Shown here: piece by piece, positions 29,716-40,477 of the stretch
Layout of the letters: each line of letters opens with the position of its first letter
Numbering within the stretch: position 1 is the first letter of the stretch
Source: an uncultured Acidobacteriota bacterium
Lineage (GTDB): Bacteria > Acidobacteriota > UBA6911
DNA length: 64,000 nucleotides
Reading direction: 5' to 3'
Assembly (NCBI GenBank): GCA_963718845.1
Contig: CAVRAD010000009.1
Coordinates: forward strand, 193,360 to 257,359
Program-made: the position numbers and the translations under genes
The notes under the pieces: model-generated
The model's database searches: none
Seen by the model: the letters and a program-made list of their open reading frames with translations, nothing else
Told to the model about the DNA's origin: nothing

Positions 29716-30885
29716 ATGAACGTACCGTTATTGGATCTGCAAGCTCAATATGCGACGATTAAAGACAAAGTACGGGCGGCTGTTGATGAAGTATTGGGGA
29801 GCCAGCACTTCGTGTTGGGGGCGCAGGTTTCCGCCCTGGAAGAGGAAATCGCAAAACTATGCGAGGTCCCGTTTGCCGTAGGCGTCGCGTCCGGCACCGA
29901 CGCTCTGCTGCTGTCCCTCAAAGCTCTTGGCGTGGGACCCGGCGATTCCGTCGTGACTGTGCCGTTCACCTTTTTTGCGACGGCAGGCACCGTCGTCAAT
30001 CTCGGCGCCCGACCGATATTCGTGGATATCGAGCCGGCAGGATTCGAGATGGACCCGGAAAAACTATCGTCGTTCCTCGCCCGGGAATGCACTTTCAACC
30101 CGGCCGAAAAGAAAATGGTGCACAAGGCTTCCGGCACAATCGTTAAAGCGATCGTGCCCGTGCATCTCTACGGCCAGTGCGCGGATATGGATGAGATCCT
30201 GGAAGTCGCGCGGCGCTACGGCCTCCCGGTTGTCGAAGATGCCTGCCAGGCAATCGGCGCGACATACAAGAGCCGCAAGGCCGGAGCCATGGGCGATCTC
30301 GGCTGTTTCAGCTTCTTTCCTTCTAAAAATCTTGGCGGAGCCGGGGATGGCGGGATGGTTGTCACCTCGAATCCTCAGCTGGCCGAGCGTGTGCGGTTGC
30401 TCCGTACACACGGCGCGCATCCCAAATATTTTCATGCCATCGTTGGATTCAACAGCCGCCTGGATGAGCTTCAGGCTGCCATCCTGCGCGTGAAGCTCCC
30501 CTATCTGCAGGCGTGGTCCGACGCCCGTTGTGAAAATGCGCTGAAATATATCAGGGATTTTGCGGCAGCGGACCTGCTCTCCTGTGTGACTCCTCCGGTG
30601 GTGCTTTCAAGCCGGACTCACATTTATCACCAGTTTGTCATTCGCTGCCGGAAGCGCGATGCGCTGCTGCAATTCCTAAAAGCCGCAGGCGTCGGCACGG
30701 AGATTTATTACCCCGTGTCCATGCACGAACAGGAATGCTTCCGCTACCTGGGCTACGCTGCCGCGGACATGCCTCATTCGTATGCCGCATCGAAAGAAAC
30801 TCTGGCATTGCCCATATATCCCGAGCTTTCGGATGAGCAACGGGGGCATGTTGTGAAGTCGATCGCCGAGTTTTTCGGGAAGTAA
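29716..30885 (+). CDS. DegT/DnrJ/EryC1/StrS sugar aminotransferase
   Basis: SGTDAL, PVHLYGQ, EDACQA, SFFPSKNLG, NSRLDELQAA. Confidence 0.95.
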   Translation: MNVPLLDLQAQYATIKDKVRAAVDEVLGSQHFVLGAQVSALEEEIAKLCEVPFAVGVASGTDALLLSLKALGVGPGDSVVTVPFTFFATAGTVVNLGARPIFVDIEPAGFEMDPEKLSSFLARECTFNPAEKKMVHKASGTIVKAIVPVHLYGQCADMDEILEVARRYGLPVVEDACQAIGATYKSRKAGAMGDLGCFSFFPSKNLGGAGDGGMVVTSNPQLAERVRLLRTHGAHPKYFHAIVGFNSRLDELQAAILRVKLPYLQAWSDARCENALKYIRDFAAADLLSCVTPPVVLSSRTHIYHQFVIRCRKRDALLQFLKAAGVGTEIYYPVSMHEQECFRYLGYAAADMPHSYAASKETLALPIYPELSDEQRGHVVKSIAEFFGK

Positions 30886-31010
30886 CTTGCTTCTATCCGA
30901 CTGAAAAATCGGGGTCGGGTATAGAGTTTTGAAGCTGCAAAACAATTCCGATAGCGATACCGATTCCGAAAACCCGGAGTGATGGTTCTTAATTAGTGAG
31001 AAGGAGTTGG

Positions 31011-32738
31011 ATGGCGACATACATACTGGGTATTAATGCCTATCACGCGGATGCATCCGCGGTGCTGCTGAAAGATGGCGGGATCGTGGCTGCGGTCGAA
31101 GAAGAACGTCTGAGTCGCGTGAAGCATGCCGCGGGTTTCCCGGCGCTGGCCATACAATATTGTCTGCAGCGGGCCGGAATACAAATCCAGGACGTCGCCC
31201 ATATCGGGATTGCGCAAATCCCGAATGCGCACCTGATAAACGATATTACGTTCGTCCTTCATAATCGCCTGATGTTTTCCCACCAGGGACTGGACCGCTT
31301 GCGCAGCGTGGAGCGAATCCGCAATATAAAAACAGTGCTTTCCGATCTGCTGCATGTCCCTGAATCCGATTTGGCCATGGCGTTTCACAACCTGGAGCAT
31401 CATGTCGCCCATATGGCCAGCGCATTCCTGGTTTCGCCCTTTCAGCAGTCGGCGATCCTTTCAATTGATGGCTTCGGTGATTTTTGCAGCACGATGCAGG
31501 GCTTTGGTTCAGGTTCTCAGATTGAGAAACTCGGCTCCGTCCTGTTCCCGCATTCGCTGGGGCTTTTTTACACCTCTGTGTCCCAATATCTTGGATTCGA
31601 AAAGTATGGCGATGAAGGGAAAGTAATGGGACTGGCACCGTATGGCGAGCCGGACTATATCGGCAAAATGCTGGAAATCGCGCAGCCGGCAGATCCGGGA
31701 GCTTTTGAATTGAATCTCGACTATTTCACGCACCATCTCCACGGTGTTGAAATGAGCTGGGATGAAGGGGCTCCCCACATCGGGCGGATTTATTCCGATA
31801 AGTTTTGCGATGCATTCGGCCCGCCGCGGCAGCCGAATACCGAAATCACGGATCACCATCGAAACATTGCGGCTTCGCTGCAAAAATGCCTCGAGTTCCA
31901 TTTGTTCCGCATCCTCAACGATCTGCATCAACGCACGGGTTCCACCAATCTCTGCGTAGCGGGCGGTGTGGCGTATAACAGCGTGGCGAATGGTCTGATT
32001 CAGAAAAACACGCCGTTCCGCGAATGCTTTATACAGCCTGCGGCCGGCGACAGCGGGACCGCGCTCGGAGTGGCCTTTCACGTCTGGAATACTCTGCTCG
32101 GACATCCGCGCGAGTACGTAATGCAGCATGCGTATCTCGGGCCGGAGAGCAGCGAAGCCGAAATGGCACAGGCGCTGCATTCTTTTGGCGCATCCTATCA
32201 GCGGTATGACGATATCGAAGAAAGGGCTGCCGATCTTCTCGCGTCAGGAAAGATCGTCGGGTGGTTCCAGGACAGGATGGAATTCGGGCCGCGTGCCCTC
32301 GGGAACCGGAGCATACTCGCAGATCCAAGACAGGAAGAAATCAAAGATACTTTGAACCGGCGCATCAAGCATCGGGAAAGCTTCAGGCCCTTTGCCCCTT
32401 CCGTGCTGGAAGAGTATGTGGATGCGTATTTCGAGGACGCCTTCGCATCGCCTTTCATGCAGATGGTATTCAAAGTGCGGCCGGAACAGCGGGCCAAAAT
32501 TCCGGCTATCAGGCATGTCGATCAAACCGGTCGCGTTCAATCCGTGTCCAAATCGGTCAACCCAAAGTTCTGGAGACTGATTGAGGCATTCCGGCAGCGC
32601 ACCGGGATCCCGCTTCTGCTTAACACTTCGTTTAACGAAAGCGAGCCCATCGTCTGTTCGCCGCAGGATGCGCTGCACTGCTTTGCCACTACGAAGATGG
32701 ATGCTCTGGTGCTGGGAAACTTCCTGCTTTTGCGCTAG
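31011..32738 (+). CDS. Carbamoyltransferase (NodU/CmcH family)
   Basis: HDA-like YHADAS..EEER..R.KH, EHH.AH, EGKVMGLA.YG, GPRALGNRS, FRPFAP, LNTSFN. Confidence 0.95.
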   Translation: MATYILGINAYHADASAVLLKDGGIVAAVEEERLSRVKHAAGFPALAIQYCLQRAGIQIQDVAHIGIAQIPNAHLINDITFVLHNRLMFSHQGLDRLRSVERIRNIKTVLSDLLHVPESDLAMAFHNLEHHVAHMASAFLVSPFQQSAILSIDGFGDFCSTMQGFGSGSQIEKLGSVLFPHSLGLFYTSVSQYLGFEKYGDEGKVMGLAPYGEPDYIGKMLEIAQPADPGAFELNLDYFTHHLHGVEMSWDEGAPHIGRIYSDKFCDAFGPPRQPNTEITDHHRNIAASLQKCLEFHLFRILNDLHQRTGSTNLCVAGGVAYNSVANGLIQKNTPFRECFIQPAAGDSGTALGVAFHVWNTLLGHPREYVMQHAYLGPESSEAEMAQALHSFGASYQRYDDIEERAADLLASGKIVGWFQDRMEFGPRALGNRSILADPRQEEIKDTLNRRIKHRESFRPFAPSVLEEYVDAYFEDAFASPFMQMVFKVRPEQRAKIPAIRHVDQTGRVQSVSKSVNPKFWRLIEAFRQRTGIPLLLNTSFNESEPIVCSPQDALHCFATTKMDALVLGNFLLLR

Positions 32739-32761
32739 TTCGTTCGGACAGGACGGAGTGG

Positions 32762-33916
32762 CTACTTCTTGCGGAACTCTGCAAGGAATTCATTCGGGTA
32801 TTTGCCGATGATCCTGTTCAAGAGCTTGATGGTTTGCGGTTTCAGGGGAATCATAGGGCCGTCGCTCAGCAGAGCAGTGATGGGCTTCAGCGTGCTGTCG
32901 TCGACCTGTAAAGCCTGAACTTCGACCATGATCATAGGACCGCACCGGCGCAGATGGGTGCGAAAGTATTCAATGCCATCCTGAATTGTCCCGTTGATCA
33001 AGGCCGCCGCATCCGCAGGTTGCTGGTGGCTGCATGGGTTGAAGTTGCAGTAACAGCGCGGATATGTTTCCAGTATCTGCCGCAGCGGCAGGTTGCATTG
33101 GTTGTGCTGCACCCACTTTCCGAGCAGCTTCACGCGGTTTAAAAACCGCTTGTCCATGTACTGCAGTCCGGAGAGCAGGTCCAGATTGCGCAAGGACACC
33201 GGATCGATCTTGATGTCATCTTTCTTCAAGCCGCTCATGATGTGCAGCGCATCTTCGTGGAGCAGGTAATAGGCCTCAGAGTAGAGCTTTTTGAACTGCG
33301 AAAACTTTTCATCAAATTCGCGGCGTGCGCGGTCTTCCAGGAAACAGTGCGACTCGTCGATCGATTGCAGCAGGGATTCCCGGATACGATCGATTTCTTC
33401 GCGGCCAAGCGGGAACGCCGTCATTACGTAGTCGCGGACCGGCACAAACGACGGCAGCCATTCCAAGAGCTCTGCCAGGCTTTCCAGCCCGCGCTTCCAG
33501 CGCAACAGCGTATCCTTGTTCCATCCAAAATTGCGCCCCAGATGATCCATGGCTTCCCAAAATGAGGATTCTCCTGCGCACAGGCTGTCGAAGGCAGGTT
33601 TCAGAGCCGCCAGGGGGCCTTCGATAAACCTGATTTCTCTGCTGAAACGCGTGGTCCTGAAGGATTCCGGGAAATCGGGCCGCTTTCTGGAAAGCCCTTC
33701 GGCTGAATGGCGCCACCAATCAATCATTCCGAACTGGACATATTCAGGGCTTTGGTCTCTGATCTCGGGATGGCCTGTTACAAGAACCGCCCATTGGAGA
33801 GCGCGGCTTTGATCGGCAGTTTCTGTGGTCGAGGAGTTGGCCGGCAGGCCGGTACCCGGGGGAGATAGATTGGGGCTAGCTAGACTCGGGATTGTCCACG
33901 GATCGCCGGTTTTCAT
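32762..33916 (-). CDS. Hypothetical protein with a Cys cluster (possibly DUF6079 C-terminal-like)
   Basis: 384-aa ORF in operon with the PBP gene; FKKLYSEAYYLLH and C-x10-PRCYCNFNP. Confidence 0.7.
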   Translation of the reverse strand: MKTGDPWTIPSLASPNLSPPGTGLPANSSTTETADQSRALQWAVLVTGHPEIRDQSPEYVQFGMIDWWRHSAEGLSRKRPDFPESFRTTRFSREIRFIEGPLAALKPAFDSLCAGESSFWEAMDHLGRNFGWNKDTLLRWKRGLESLAELLEWLPSFVPVRDYVMTAFPLGREEIDRIRESLLQSIDESHCFLEDRARREFDEKFSQFKKLYSEAYYLLHEDALHIMSGLKKDDIKIDPVSLRNLDLLSGLQYMDKRFLNRVKLLGKWVQHNQCNLPLRQILETYPRCYCNFNPCSHQQPADAAALINGTIQDGIEYFRTHLRRCGPMIMVEVQALQVDDSTLKPITALLSDGPMIPLKPQTIKLLNRIIGKYPNEFLAEFRKK

Positions 33917-33927
33917 AACAAGTCATT

Positions 33928-36328
33928 TCATCGAGTGCTGGGTTCTTTCTGAGCACCAGGTTCTTTCTTGTTATCGGCGCCAGATGGCGTTTCTTTAGAA
34001 GGGGTTGCGTAGATGCTTGCGGGTGCGCCGCGGCCGACGGCCTGCTCGTAATTATTCCCGTAGCATTTCAATAGGGGTTCTGTTCCTTTGACAAAGTATT
34101 CCATCTCCTGCTGCAGGCAATGATCTGTCGCCAGCAGGCCGGTGGTCGGATCGATTTCCACTTCCAGGATCTCTTCGGGTATAGCAAAAGCCTCGCCTCT
34201 CAAGGGCCGGAGGGAGACGGCTTTTTTCATGAAGTCCGCCCATATGGGCAGCGCGGATTGGGATCCGGATAGATTCAATTCGCGGTTGTCGTCGAATCCC
34301 ACCCAGACGATGCAAAGAAGGTCGGGAGTATAGCCGGCAAACCATCCGTCATGCGATGTTCCCGTCTTGCCCGCAGCCGGCAGGGTGAATCCGCGTTCGC
34401 GAGCGCCGTACCCGGTTCCATGATCGATGACCGATTGAAGCAGGGACGTTACTAGAAAGGCGATCTGGGGTGTGAGGACCTGCCTGGTTTTCGGTTGTGC
34501 CATAAAAATCGGATTGGCATTGCTGTCGTACACCGCAAGCGTTGCCGTCAAATCGGACAACAAGCCTCCATTCGCAAACGCGGTGTAGGCCCGCACCATT
34601 TCGAGGGGGGTAATTTCGAAGCTGCCGATCGCCATGGCAGGGTAAGGTTTTATCTTTTCATTCAGCCCAAGTCTTTGAGCCAGTTCGGCAACCTTGTTGA
34701 AACCGACCTTCTCGGCGAGCTTTATGGTGGCGATATTCAGCGATTTGGTAATCGCCTGGCGCATCGTGACCTGGCCCGAGGTATTCCTCTTTGAAATTTT
34801 TGGGCTCATATTCAAGGTCGTCGAATGTGAATTGCGTAGGCTGATCGAGCACTGTCGAGGCGGCCGTCAGCGGAGTCGTGCTGTGGTAGGCCGTCTCCAG
34901 CGCCGTCGCGTATACAAACGGTTTGAAAATGCTGCCCGGCTGGCGTTTTGACTGGGTGATGCGGTTGAACTGGCTGGCGCCGTAACTTCTCCCGCCGATC
35001 ATGGCGAGGATGTGTCCGTTTTTCGGATCGACTGCAATCAGGCTGGCCTGGACGGTGCCCGGCGGAATCGGCTGCTTGCGCTTGGCAAAATTGGCGTCCA
35101 GTTCATTCATCCCGGACTGAATCGACTCGAAGGCCGCCTGCTGAAGGTCCGTGTTGAGAGATGTGTGGACTTTCAACTTGGAGTGAGCCAGCGATGCGTC
35201 GCCATACTTTTCCAGCAGCATGTTCTGGACGTAATCCACGAAATAGGGGGCATCCGAATAATTCAGGAAGGAAGCCGGTTTGACAATCAGCGGCTTGGCT
35301 TTGGCTGCGTCGCGCTCCTTTTCGGAGATCATGTCGTAATCCGCCATCTGGTCCAGCACAAGGTTGCGCCGCACCATGGCGCGGTCCTTATAGCGCAGCG
35401 GCGTGTGCCGGTTGGGTGCGGTAATCATCCCGGCTATCGTCGCAGCTTCTTCGAGCGTGAGATCTCTGACGTTTTTATCGAAAAATGCATCCGCCGCTTT
35501 GCCGAAACCCACGATGCTGAAGGAGCCCGCCTGGCCAAGGTACACTTCGTTGCTGTAAAGCTCGAAAATTTCAGTTTTTGATAGCCGCTGTTCCAGCAGG
35601 ATCGACATGTATGCATCCGCAAACTTGCGACGCCAGGTGCGCTCGGGAGTCAGGAAATAGTTTTTCACGAACTGCTGCGTCAGTGTGCTGGCGCCCTGAG
35701 CGGTATCCCCTTCGCGGATGTCCACGATTAGAGCCTGAATGATGCGAATGGGATCGATTCCTCTGTGGCTGAAAAACCGTCTGTCTTCCGCGGCGAGCAC
35801 GGCGTTGATCAATACCTGGGGCATTTCCTGATAGGACACGTACCGGCGCTTTTCGCGACTCTTGTCAATTGCGTTGCTGAGCAATTCCGGTTTCAGCGAA
35901 AACTGAGTTAGTTCTGTCTGGCTTGCGGGATCTTTAATAGAGTGAATGGTATTTCCTGCGCATTTGATTTCCGCTGTCCGGCTGGCGTCACTCGGAACGG
36001 AACCTTCGTTGTGGATTAGCAGCGTATCGGCTTTGCCGACCTGGTAATAGGAAGCCCCGGCGCTATTTTCCTCATACCCCAGCCGGCGGATTCTCGATAC
36101 GAGTTCGGAACAACCGATGCGTTTCCCCGGATAGAGAACTGTGGGAGCGGAAAAAATCTTTGTCTCAGCCATCTGGTTGCGCCGGCCAAGTTTCATTTCG
36201 ATGGTTCCATCGAAAATGTAGTAATAGCGTATTAAAAATACGGCGGCCGCAATCACGGGGATGAGGATCAGTATTAAAAGGATTTTAATAAATAGGGATC
36301 GTCTGGAAGGCGAGGGTTTTTTTCGCAT
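33928..36328 (-). CDS. Class A penicillin-binding protein (transglycosylase/transpeptidase), frameshifted near 34775
   Basis: EDRRF..H.GID, GASTLTQQ.VKN, SIFK (SxxK), SLN, GKTGT split over two ORFs. Confidence 0.92.
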
Positions 36329-36466
36329 TAGGACGTTTTATTTTTAGTTGGGGCATACCGTGTCCACATATTCAAAACGAATTATCATAGCAGCATTCCC
36401 CGAACCCCAAATAAAGAGGCTTCAGAATACAATCATACTGAGCCGACAGCCGACAGCTGATAGCTT

Positions 36467-38390
36467 TTAGAGGGCAATCAGCCTGCCGGTTTCCTCGACT
36501 TCGTAACCGCCCAGGGCAAGCACCTGCTCGATGAATGCGGAAGAACGTATGATTTCGAGCAGGAGGCGTATGCGCTCGTCTTTTAGCAAGTCTGCAGGGA
36601 GGACCAGGTCATAGCGTTCGCGCGCAACCGGAATGAAGTCGAGATTTAATGCCTGAGCCGCCGCCATAATGCCCATGCCGACATCCGCTCTGCCCGAAGC
36701 AACGGCCATGGCCACGCTCATGTGCGTATATTCCTCGCTTCGATATCCGGCGATGGAGGCAGAATGCATTCCCGCCCGCTCCAGTTCATAATCCAGCAAA
36801 ATGCGAGTGCCGGATCCTGCCTGGCGATTAATGAGCGCGACCTCGGGGCGGGTCAAGGTCGGAAATTCCCTGAATGCCTTTGGGATTGCTCTTGGCGATC
36901 ATAAGTCCCTGCCAGCGGTGGACAAGGGTTATGAGAGTAACGGGCGTGCTCTTGATATAGCGTGGAATGTAGGAACAGTTGTACTCGCCGGTTCGCGTGT
37001 CGAGAAGATGCGAGCCGGCAAAGTGTGCAATCCCTCTTTCAATGGCAAGCAAGCCACCCATGCTGCCGACGTTGCTGGATGAAATCGTTATTCGGCCTTC
37101 GGAGCGTTCCTTGATGCAGCTTGCCAGCAGATCGACGGTGAGGTCATGGGAGCCGATCGCGAGCAACCTGTGGTGGAGCGCTTTTTCGGAAGTGAGAAGC
37201 TCGACCGTCGCCTTCTCCCCTTCGGAGTAACCGCTGACTTCCGGTGCTATCCGCAGAATTCCGTCCGCGCGCACAAGAGACGTCATCATGCCGGCGCCGC
37301 CTGCAAGCGGGATCGCGATCACGCGCTCCCCGACTTTCCCGAGAATGACGCGGACATGCTCTTCAAGGCCGGGCTTGGAAGGCAGCTTCCTGCCCAGGAA
37401 CGCTTCGATCTTTTCCGGTTCCGGAGTTTGTAGCCCCTGGATCTTATAAAGCAGCGGCCGAACGAATTCGCGGAATGAAACGACTGCGGATACCGGGTAG
37501 CCCGGAACTCCCACGACTGGACGGTCCTGCACCGCCGCGAGCAGGGTCGGTTTGCCGGGCATTACCGTCACTCCGTGGACCAGCAGCTCTCCCAATTGGG
37601 ACAAAGCCTTGGGTGTAAAATCCTCCGATCCGGCAGAGGATCCGGCGATAGTGAGGATGACGTCATATCCTGCCGCGATACCGTCGGTGATCGCCTCCTT
37701 GACCTTTTCAAGATCATCAGGGACCGTCTTTGCCAGCGTGCTTTCAGCTCCGCATTCAGAAACCATGGAAGACAGGACTTGGCCATTGACCTCAAGAATT
37801 GTGCCGGGTTGAATCGGATCCCGGACCTCTTCGGGCGGCACGATTTCGTCGCCGGTGGGAATGATGAGCACGCGCGGTTTCCGAAAAACCGGGACGGAGA
37901 GAATGCCCGCTGCCAGCAAAGCTCCCTGATCGTAGGAACGGATCCGGTGGTACGCAGGAAGAAGAATCTCGCCCTTTACGATGTCTTCTCCCGTCTTCCG
38001 AACGTTCTGCCAGGGATAGACGGATTCCCGTATTTCGCACCTGTCGTTTTCCAGCTCTACTTTTTCGATCATGACCACGGAATCGGTTCCGTCGGGGAGC
38101 GGATCTCCCGTGTTGACGGGAATGGCTTCGGTCCCAGCGGACAGAAATACCGGCGATTCCGGGAATGCGGAAAAGGTGGAGACGGCACGGACGGCCATTC
38201 CATCAACAGCCGCCGCATTATATGCGGGGACAGATCTTGCCGCTTTCACGGGACTTACCAGCAGGCGGCCAAGCGCCTGGCGCACTGCGACGGTCTCCGG
38301 TTGCATGAGAAAACTTGCGAATCGGGAGAAAAAAATCTCCTGTGCTTCTGCAAGGGGCTTCAAATTTCGATACGTCTGTCGTTTTGGCAT
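36467..38390 (-). CDS. MoeA fused to a PBP (molybdate/tungstate-binding) domain, frameshifted near 36860
   Basis: DGMAV, AGSSAG.ED, PGKP, PGYPVS, then GSHD, GSMGGL, GSHLLD and NRQ.GSGTR.LLD in the second ORF. Confidence 0.9.
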
Positions 38391-38414
38391 TAGTCTTCGT
38401 ATTCCTGAAACATT

Positions 38415-39650
38415 CTAATACTGGATAACCTGCACAACCTCTCCGCCGGACAATCCTTCTGCGTTCACAGGAATCATAACAATTCCGTTGGCTTTGACCA
38501 TCGTGGAAATCATTCCCGATTTTCCAAAAATGGGATGGGCCGTAGCCACGCCGTGCGCATCTTCTTCGATTCGTACCCGGACATATTCCTCCAGCCCGAT
38601 CGTGGAATGGATCGAAGTGGCAAGGCTTGCGCGTGTCCGCTGTCCGACGGGGCCCTTTTCCAAACTGCCGCCCTGAAGATAAAGCAGGAAAGGAGCCAGG
38701 AAAACCTGCGCCACGATCAGCGCGGAGACCGGGTGCCCCGGCAATCCGATGATCGGTTTGCCCCGTTGACTTGCAAGCAGCGTGGGTTTTCCCGGGCGTA
38801 TCGCCACGCCGTGCGCAAGGACTTCGACGCCCGAAAGACCGGAAACGGCGTCGACCATCAGATCCCGTGTGCCAACCGAGCTGCCGCCGGAAAGAACGAC
38901 AACGTCCGCTAGTGCCAGCCCGCTGCGGAGGGCTTCTGCCAGCATGTCGGCATTGTCGGGAACGATGTCCAGAACGATAGGCTCCGCGCCGCAAGCTCGA
39001 ACAAGACCGGAAATGGCATGGCTGTTCGCGTCGCGGATTTGTCCCAGGCCGGGTTTGCGGTCGATCGGGACGACTTCATCGCCTGAGGAAATAACGGCGA
39101 CTCGCGGCTTTCGGTAGGCCGCAACCTCTGTGATGCCCAGGGCTGCGAGGAATCCCAGCTCTTGCGCGCGCAGTTTTTTGCCCTTCGGGAGCAGGATTTC
39201 TCCTGATTTCGCATCCTCTCCTTTTTCGAGAACGTTGGTCCTGACGGTCACAGGCCGGGTCACTTCGATGTTGCCGGCGCCTGCCTGGTTTGTGTATTCC
39301 ACCATGACTACGGCGTCGGCACCCCGTGGCAGAAAGCCTCCAGTCGGAATCGGCGCGGCTTGTCCTGCAAGAATTTCAAACTCAGGCAGCGTTCCCATCG
39401 TAACGGCAGCGACAACTGCCAGAAAGGCAGGGATTGAATCGGAAGCGCCGAAGGTGTCCTCCGCTCGCACTGCGTAACCATCGACAGTGGAGCGCGCCCC
39501 TTCGGGCAGATCTTCGCCTGCGAGGATGTCTTCGGACAGGATTCTGTCCAGCGAAGCATCCAACGAAACGGACTCAGCGGAAAGCCTGGAAAAACGGCCC
39601 AGCAGTTGAACCAGTTGATCCGCAGTGATCACGTGCAGAAACTCAGCCAA
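38415..39650 (-). CDS. moeA: Molybdopterin metal-insertase MoeA
   Basis: STVDGYAV, TGG.LP.GADAVVMVE, SGDE, SGGSSVG.RD, PGKP, LPGHPVS; TTG start. Confidence 0.93.
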   Translation of the reverse strand: MAEFLHVITADQLVQLLGRFSRLSAESVSLDASLDRILSEDILAGEDLPEGARSTVDGYAVRAEDTFGASDSIPAFLAVVAAVTMGTLPEFEILAGQAAPIPTGGFLPRGADAVVMVEYTNQAGAGNIEVTRPVTVRTNVLEKGEDAKSGEILLPKGKKLRAQELGFLAALGITEVAAYRKPRVAVISSGDEVVPIDRKPGLGQIRDANSHAISGLVRACGAEPIVLDIVPDNADMLAEALRSGLALADVVVLSGGSSVGTRDLMVDAVSGLSGVEVLAHGVAIRPGKPTLLASQRGKPIIGLPGHPVSALIVAQVFLAPFLLYLQGGSLEKGPVGQRTRASLATSIHSTIGLEEYVRVRIEEDAHGVATAHPIFGKSGMISTMVKANGIVMIPVNAEGLSGGEVVQVIQY

Positions 39651-39660
39651 TCCCCCCCCC

Positions 39661-40477
39661 TATCGAATTACGAATTACGAATGACGAATGACGAATTATT
39701 TGTATCCGGCATTATCCGGATCGTAGCCGCTTCATGCAAAGGTATGTTTCAATTCGTCATTTGTCATTCGTAACTCGTCTCGTAATTCAGTTCCCTATTG
39801 TTCGGAATAATCAGAATGCAACGGTTTCATGCAAAAGTATGTTTCAATTCGTCATTCGTCATTCGTAACTCGTACATTCGTAATTCAGTTCCTGTATTGT
39901 CCTGAATAATCAGAATGCAACGGTTTCATGCAAAAGTATGTTTCAATTCGTCATTCGTCATGCGTCATTCGTAATTCAGTTCCTGTATTGTCCTGAATGA
40001 TCAGAATGCAACGGTTTCATGCAAAAGTATGTTTCAATTCGTCATTCGTCATGCGTCATTCGTAATTCAGTTCCTGTATTGTCCTGAATGATCAGAATGC
40101 AACGGTTTCATGCAAAAGTATGTTTCAATTGTCATTCGTCATGCGTCATTCGTAATTCAGAATTCCCTTTGTCCGGTGAATGATCAGAATGCAACGGTTT
40201 CATGCGAAAAGTATGTTTCAATTCGTCATTCGTCATGCGTCATTCGTAATTCAGTTCCCTATTGTCCTGAATAATAGAATGCAACGGTTTCATGCAAACG
40301 TCATGCTCAATTCGTCCTCCATTATCGAATTACGAATTACGAATTACGAATTACGAATTACGAATTACGAATTACGAATGACGAATGCTCACGAATTACG
40401 AATTAATTGTTTCCGGCATTATCCGGATGCAACCGCTTCATGCAAAAGTATGTTTCAATTCGTAATTCGTCATTCAG
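39661..40477. repeat. ~820-bp compound repeat: two copies of an inverted-heptamer cassette bracketing about six tandem ~91-bp units
   Basis: CAGAATGCAACGGTTTCATGC recurs at ~39812, 39911, 40002, 40093, 40185 and 40275; (GAATTAC)n runs at 39664 and 40327. Confidence 0.93.

Noticed and set aside
39661-40477. Possible CRISPR array next to an HD-domain (Cas3''-like) gene
   Set aside because: Units are near-identical along their whole length with no unique spacers, no cas genes are present, and the HD protein looks YedJ-like.
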